Positions 27,929-32,000 of a stretch of 32,000 bases of DNA are shown here, one piece after another. The stretch comes from Pseudomonas aeruginosa (GTDB taxonomy: Bacteria; Pseudomonadota; Gammaproteobacteria; Pseudomonadales; Pseudomonadaceae): NCBI RefSeq assembly GCF_001457615.1, contig NZ_LN831024.1, forward strand, positions 3,900,001 to 3,932,000. Reading direction: 5' to 3'. The number at the start of each line of letters is the position of its first letter. Within the stretch, counting starts at the first letter, position 1. The notes beneath the pieces were generated by a model that saw nothing but the letters and a program-made list of their open reading frames with translations, was not told the DNA's origin and searched no databases. A program made the translations under genes and the position numbers.

Positions 27929-30052
27929 TCAGTTCTGTCCCACCGTCGCGACGATGGTGACTTGCTTGTTGTCCGGGATTTCCTGGTAGGCCAGCACATG
28001 CATGCTGGGCACCGCCATCCGCGCGAAGCGCGACATCATCGAGCGGATCGGTCCGGCAACCAGCAGGATCGCCGGCTTACCGAGCATCTCCTGGCGTTGC
28101 GCGCTCTCGATCAGCGAGCGTTGCAGCTTCTCGGCCATCCCCGGCTCCAGCAACATGCCGTCCTCGGAGCCTTGTCCGGCCTTCTGCATGCTGTTCAGCA
28201 AAATCTGTTCCAACCTCGGCTCGAGCGTGATCACAGGCAGCTCCGGCTCAAGCCCGACAATGCTTTGCACGATTGCGCGGGACAACGCGACGCGAACCGC
28301 GGCGACCATCGCGCCGGGATCTTGACTCCGTGGAGCGACGTTGGCGATGGCCTCGGCGATGGTACGGATGTCGCGCACCGGCACCTGCTCCTGGAGCAGC
28401 GCCTGCAGGACCTTGAGCAGGGTGGACAGGGAAATCAGCCCCGGCACCAGCTCTTCCGCCAGCTTCGGCGAGCTGCGCGCGAGCAATTGCAGGAGCTGTT
28501 GCACTTCTTCATGGCCCAGCAGCTCGTGGGCGTGCTTGTGCAGCACCTGGTTCAGGTGAGTGGCGACCACGGTGCTCGCATCCACCACGGTGTAGCCCAG
28601 CGACTGCGCCTGGTCGCGCTGGCCGGGCTCGATCCATACCGCCTCCAGGCCGAAGGCCGGGTCCTTGCCGGCGATGCCGTTGAGGCTGCCGAATACCTGG
28701 CCGGGGTTGATCGCCAGCTCGCGATCGGGATAGATCTCCGCTTCGGCCACGCTGACCCCCATCAGGGTCAGACGGTAGGCGTTGGGCAGCAGGTCGAGGT
28801 TGTCGCGGATGTGCACCGAGGGCATCAGGAAGCCCAGCTCCTGGGACAGCTTCTTGCGTACGCCCTTGATCCGCGCCAGCAGTTGCCCGCCCTGGTTGCG
28901 GTCGACCAGCGGGATCAGCCGGTAGCCGACTTCCAGGCCGACCATGTCCACCGGGGTGACGTCGTCCCAACCCAGTTCCTTGACCTCCTGGGCGCGCTGC
29001 GCCGGCAGCAGCTCCTGCTGGCGCTGCACCTCCTGCTCGGCGACCTGCTTGGCCTTGTTCTGCCGGTGCCAGATCCAGTAGGCGGCAGCGCCGGCCAGGG
29101 CGCCGAGGCCGATGAAGGAAACATGCGGCATGCCCGGCACGGCGCCCATGGCGATCAGGATCGCCGCGGAAATCGCCAGCGCCTTGGGCGAGGCGAACAT
29201 CTGCCGGTTGACCTGCTGGCCCATGTCCTCGGAACTGGAGACCCGCGTCACCATGATCGCCGCCGCGGTCGACAGCAGCAGCGACGGCAGTTGTGCCACC
29301 AGGCCGTCACCGATGGTCAGCAGGGCGTAGACCTTGCCGGCGTCGCCGAAGGACATCGAATGCTGGATCATGCCGATGGCGACGCCGCCGATCAGGTTGA
29401 TGAAGAGAATCAGCAGGCCGGCGATGGCGTCGCCGCGGACGAACTTGCTGGCACCGTCCATCGAACCGTAGAAGTCGGCCTCCTGGGCCACCTCGCTGCG
29501 GCGCTTCTTGGCTTCCTCCTGCTCGATCAGGCCGGCGTTGAGGTCGGCGTCGATGGCCATCTGCTTGCCGGGCATGGCATCCAGGGTGAAGCGCGCGCTG
29601 ACTTCGGAAATCCGCCCGGCGCCCTTGGTCACCACCACGAAGTTGATGATCATGAGGATCGCGAACACCACCACCCCGACCACGTAGTTGCCGCCGATCA
29701 CCACTTCGCCGAAGGCCTGGATCACCTTGCCTGCGGCGCCATGGCCGTCGTGGCCGTGGAGCAGCACCACGCGGGTCGAGGCAACGTTCAGCGCCAGGCG
29801 CAACAGGGTCGCCACCAGCAGGATGGTCGGGAACACGGCGAAGTCCAGCGGCCGCAGGGCGTACACGCAGACCAGCAGGACGACGATGGACAGGGCGATG
29901 TTGAAGGTGAACAGCACGTCCAGCAGGAATGGCGGGATCGGCAGGGTCATCATCGCCAGCATGGCCAGCAGCAGGATCGGCACGCCGAGGCTGCCGCGCC
30001 CCAGCCCCGCCAGGTTGCTGCGCACATTGCTGATCAGTTGCGTGCGATCCAC
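27929..30052 (-). CDS. flhA: flagellar export apparatus protein FlhA
   Basis: 707 aa; multi-TM N-terminus with FHIPEP-region sequence GSMDGASKFVRGDAIAGLLI. Confidence 0.98.
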   Translation of the reverse strand: MDRTQLISNVRSNLAGLGRGSLGVPILLLAMLAMMTLPIPPFLLDVLFTFNIALSIVVLLVCVYALRPLDFAVFPTILLVATLLRLALNVASTRVVLLHGHDGHGAAGKVIQAFGEVVIGGNYVVGVVVFAILMIINFVVVTKGAGRISEVSARFTLDAMPGKQMAIDADLNAGLIEQEEAKKRRSEVAQEADFYGSMDGASKFVRGDAIAGLLILFINLIGGVAIGMIQHSMSFGDAGKVYALLTIGDGLVAQLPSLLLSTAAAIMVTRVSSSEDMGQQVNRQMFASPKALAISAAILIAMGAVPGMPHVSFIGLGALAGAAAYWIWHRQNKAKQVAEQEVQRQQELLPAQRAQEVKELGWDDVTPVDMVGLEVGYRLIPLVDRNQGGQLLARIKGVRKKLSQELGFLMPSVHIRDNLDLLPNAYRLTLMGVSVAEAEIYPDRELAINPGQVFGSLNGIAGKDPAFGLEAVWIEPGQRDQAQSLGYTVVDASTVVATHLNQVLHKHAHELLGHEEVQQLLQLLARSSPKLAEELVPGLISLSTLLKVLQALLQEQVPVRDIRTIAEAIANVAPRSQDPGAMVAAVRVALSRAIVQSIVGLEPELPVITLEPRLEQILLNSMQKAGQGSEDGMLLEPGMAEKLQRSLIESAQRQEMLGKPAILLVAGPIRSMMSRFARMAVPSMHVLAYQEIPDNKQVTIVATVGQN

Positions 30053-30136
30053 TCTCGACTCCCCTGCCCTGCGTATGGCGCCCGTAGGTGGGCGCCGAAC
30101 AAACTTTTGACGCCGGAATGCGCGTCGGGCGGGTCA

Positions 30137-30155
30137 TTGCAGGAACCGTTCCAAC
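30137..30155 (-). promoter_or_regulatory. candidate sigma54 (RpoN) promoter of flhA
   Basis: Minus strand reads GTTGGAACGGTTCCTGCAA, i.e. GG-N10-GC with TTGG/TGC context; inferred start about 75 nt upstream of flhA ATG. Confidence 0.65.
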
Positions 30156-30158
30156 TTT

Positions 30159-30170
30159 TCAATTCATTGA
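30159..30170. promoter_or_regulatory. candidate FleQ box
   Basis: TCAATTCATTGA matches the core of the reported FleQ consensus GTCAATNNATTGAC, immediately upstream of the sigma54 -24 element. Confidence 0.5.
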
Positions 30171-30191
30171 TTGAAAAAGGGTTTTCGCCAA

Positions 30192-31544
30192 TCACCAACT
30201 GCCGGAGGCGCCACCACCGCCACTCGAGCCTCCGCCGCCGGAGAACGAGTCCGAAGACGAACTGGACGAACTCGACGACGAGGAAGACGAGGAACCCGAT
30301 GAGCTAGCGTAATCGCCGCCGCGCCGACGCCCTCCCCCCGAGCCGCCGGCGCTGAAATTGCAACCGATGAGCAGCGGCAGGCAAGCGGCGGGCAGGATGA
30401 TCAGCGCCTCGATGCTGTTCAGCGGGTCGTCCACCAGCAACAGCAGACACTCCAGGGCCAGGGTCAGCAGCAGGCCGAGCAGGCCCGGCAGGTAGGCCCA
30501 GCGCCGTCCTCTGCGCAGCCCCTGCCAGGCACCGGCCAGCATCAGCAGGGTCAGCCCCAGCGAAAGCGGCACGGCCAATCCGTAATGAAGCACCGGCAGG
30601 CCATAACGGCCGTAGGCCCAGAACAGCCCCAGCGCATAGAGCACAAGAATGGCGAAGAACCAGCGGGCACCGCGCGAATACTTGAGCAAGGCGCCGAAGC
30701 CGACGCCCAGGACCGCCACCATCTCCGCCAGCGCCACCATCGCCCATGCCGGCCAGTGTCGCCCCAGTGCCAACGCCGCAGCGAGCGCCACTACCGTACC
30801 CAGGGTCCAGTACCAGGCGCGCGGGCGTACCAGCAGCGCCACCCCGCCGAGAGCGCCGAGCAGGAATGCGATAGCCAGGGTCTGCCGTACCGCGCCGGGC
30901 TCCAGCGGGTCGCGCGGCGGCGGCGGCAACGCCTCGCCGTCGATCAGTCGTACCAGGCGCTGCGCCGCCGCTTCCAGGCCGCCGGCGTAGTCTTGCTGAC
31001 GGAACGCAGGGGTCATGTATTCGCGGATGATCCGCCCGGCATCGATGTCGGTGATCGTTCCTTCCAGGCCATAGCCGACTTCAATGCGCATGCGCCGGTC
31101 GTCCTTCGCCACCAGCACCAGGACGCCGTCATCGATCCCCTTGCGCCCCAGCTTCCACGCCTCGAAGACCCGCGTCGCATAGGCCTCGATGCTGTCCGGA
31201 TAGGTGCTGGGCACCATCAGGATCGCTACCTGGGCACCCTTCCGGGCCTCCAGCGCGGCCAGCGAAGCTTCCAGGCGGGCACGCTCGGCGGCGTCGAGGG
31301 TCGCGGTAAGGTCGGTCACCCGCCGCGCCAGCGCCGGAACCTCCGCGGACTCGTAGCCCGCATCGCGCGCTGCCTCGGCCTCGGCGCCGACCGCCGATGC
31401 CTCCACGGCCTCCTCCTCGACATCGGACGCTGCCACCGCGACGGTGACCGGCACCGTCGCGGTGGCAACGGAGGGAATCGCGGCGGCGCAGAGCAGCATG
31501 CCGAACAGGCGAAGCATGGCGAGATAACGCGTGATTGCAGACAT
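30192..31544 (-). CDS. TPM-domain (YgcG/DUF477-like) membrane protein with Ser/Gly-rich C-terminus
   Basis: 450 aa from MSAITRYLAMLRLFGMLLCAAAIPSV; VTDLTATLDAAERARLEASLAALEARKGAQVAILMVPSTYPDSIEAYATRVFEAWKLGRKGIDDGVLVLVAKDDRRMRIEVGYGLEG; tail SGGGGSSGGGGASGSW. Confidence 0.9.
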   Translation of the reverse strand: MSAITRYLAMLRLFGMLLCAAAIPSVATATVPVTVAVAASDVEEEAVEASAVGAEAEAARDAGYESAEVPALARRVTDLTATLDAAERARLEASLAALEARKGAQVAILMVPSTYPDSIEAYATRVFEAWKLGRKGIDDGVLVLVAKDDRRMRIEVGYGLEGTITDIDAGRIIREYMTPAFRQQDYAGGLEAAAQRLVRLIDGEALPPPPRDPLEPGAVRQTLAIAFLLGALGGVALLVRPRAWYWTLGTVVALAAALALGRHWPAWAMVALAEMVAVLGVGFGALLKYSRGARWFFAILVLYALGLFWAYGRYGLPVLHYGLAVPLSLGLTLLMLAGAWQGLRRGRRWAYLPGLLGLLLTLALECLLLLVDDPLNSIEALIILPAACLPLLIGCNFSAGGSGGGRRRGGDYASSSGSSSSSSSSSSSSSSDSFSGGGGSSGGGGASGSW

Positions 31545-31576
31545 CCTTGTCTCCGAATGAAATGAACGGGAACCCA

Positions 31577-32000
31577 TTACCAACTGCCCGAGGCACCGCC
31601 TCCGCCGCTGGAACCACCGCCCCCGGAAAAGCCGCCGGACGACGAGGAGGAAGAGGAGGAGGAACCGCCGCCGGAGCTTCCCGACGAGCCTCCCCCCCCA
31701 CTCAGGCGTACCTGGCCGAACACCAGCAGCCCGAGCATGAGCAGGAACGGTAGCAGGGCCAGCCAGACCAGCGGTACGTCCAGGCCACCGGACAGCAATC
31801 CGAGCAGCAGGTAGGCCGCCAGCAACGCCCACAGTCGGCGGTGGAAACTTTTCCGCCGCTCGCGCCATAGCGAGCGCATCAGGCGGTAGTTCGACCAGCA
31901 GAGAACCGCCAGCATCAGCACCCCGGCCGGCCACAGCAGGCCGTAGATGAAGGACACCGCGCTGAACCAATGCGCCGCCAGCCCGAGCAGGGCTACATAG
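31577..32000 (-). CDS. 3' part of a second TPM-like/YgcG-like membrane protein, 5' end outside window
   Basis: Frame stays open to the window edge (YVALLGLAAHWFSAVSFIYGLL...); C-terminal SSSSSGGFSGGGGSSGGGGASGSW nearly identical to the neighbour. Confidence 0.75.
   Translation of the reverse strand, partial: YVALLGLAAHWFSAVSFIYGLLWPAGVLMLAVLCWSNYRLMRSLWRERRKSFHRRLWALLAAYLLLGLLSGGLDVPLVWLALLPFLLMLGLLVFGQVRLSGGGGSSGSSGGGSSSSSSSSSGGFSGGGGSSGGGGASGSW

Noticed and set aside
27845-30307. 820-aa plus-strand ORF
   Set aside because: Antisense to flhA; typical HQ/R-rich antisense translation.
1-32000. CRISPR arrays, prophage, IS elements, toxin-antitoxin or defence genes
   Set aside because: No direct-repeat/spacer pattern, transposase, integrase or defence-type proteins seen in any frame.

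Overview
Core-genome segment of a Pseudomonas, almost certainly P. aeruginosa (recognised from gene order and protein sequences; no database search was run). Left part (- strand): a complete cytochrome c maturation operon ccmABCDEFGHI, followed by a small lipoprotein and a partial LuxR-type regulator. Middle (8.3-15.4 kb): a FliK-like/FlhB-C-terminal-like gene pair, GNAT acetyltransferase, Gly-rich secreted protein, SDR, YfiH-type polyphenol oxidase paralog, a receiver-like orphan protein, a WYL regulator and a divergent GST-like protein. Right part (- strand): flagellar/chemotaxis cluster flhA-flhF-fleN-fliA-cheY-cheZ-cheA-cheB-motC-motD-parC-parP-cheW-DUF2802. It is preceded by a TPM-domain gene and the 3' part of a second gene with a near-identical C-terminal tail. 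I see no mobile elements, CRISPR arrays, tRNAs or rRNAs. The best second-look items are: (1) four EIDALL-like motifs, encoded by near-identical DNA repeats, in the linker of CheA; (2) a sigma28-like promoter in front of the fliK-like/flhB-CTD-like pair beside the ccm operon; (3) a sigma54 promoter with an adjacent FleQ-box-like palindrome and leader hairpin upstream of flhA; (4) two tandem hairpins in the only large gap of the ccm operon; (5) a tandem pair of genes with GGASGSW tails. No radically new system is evident.
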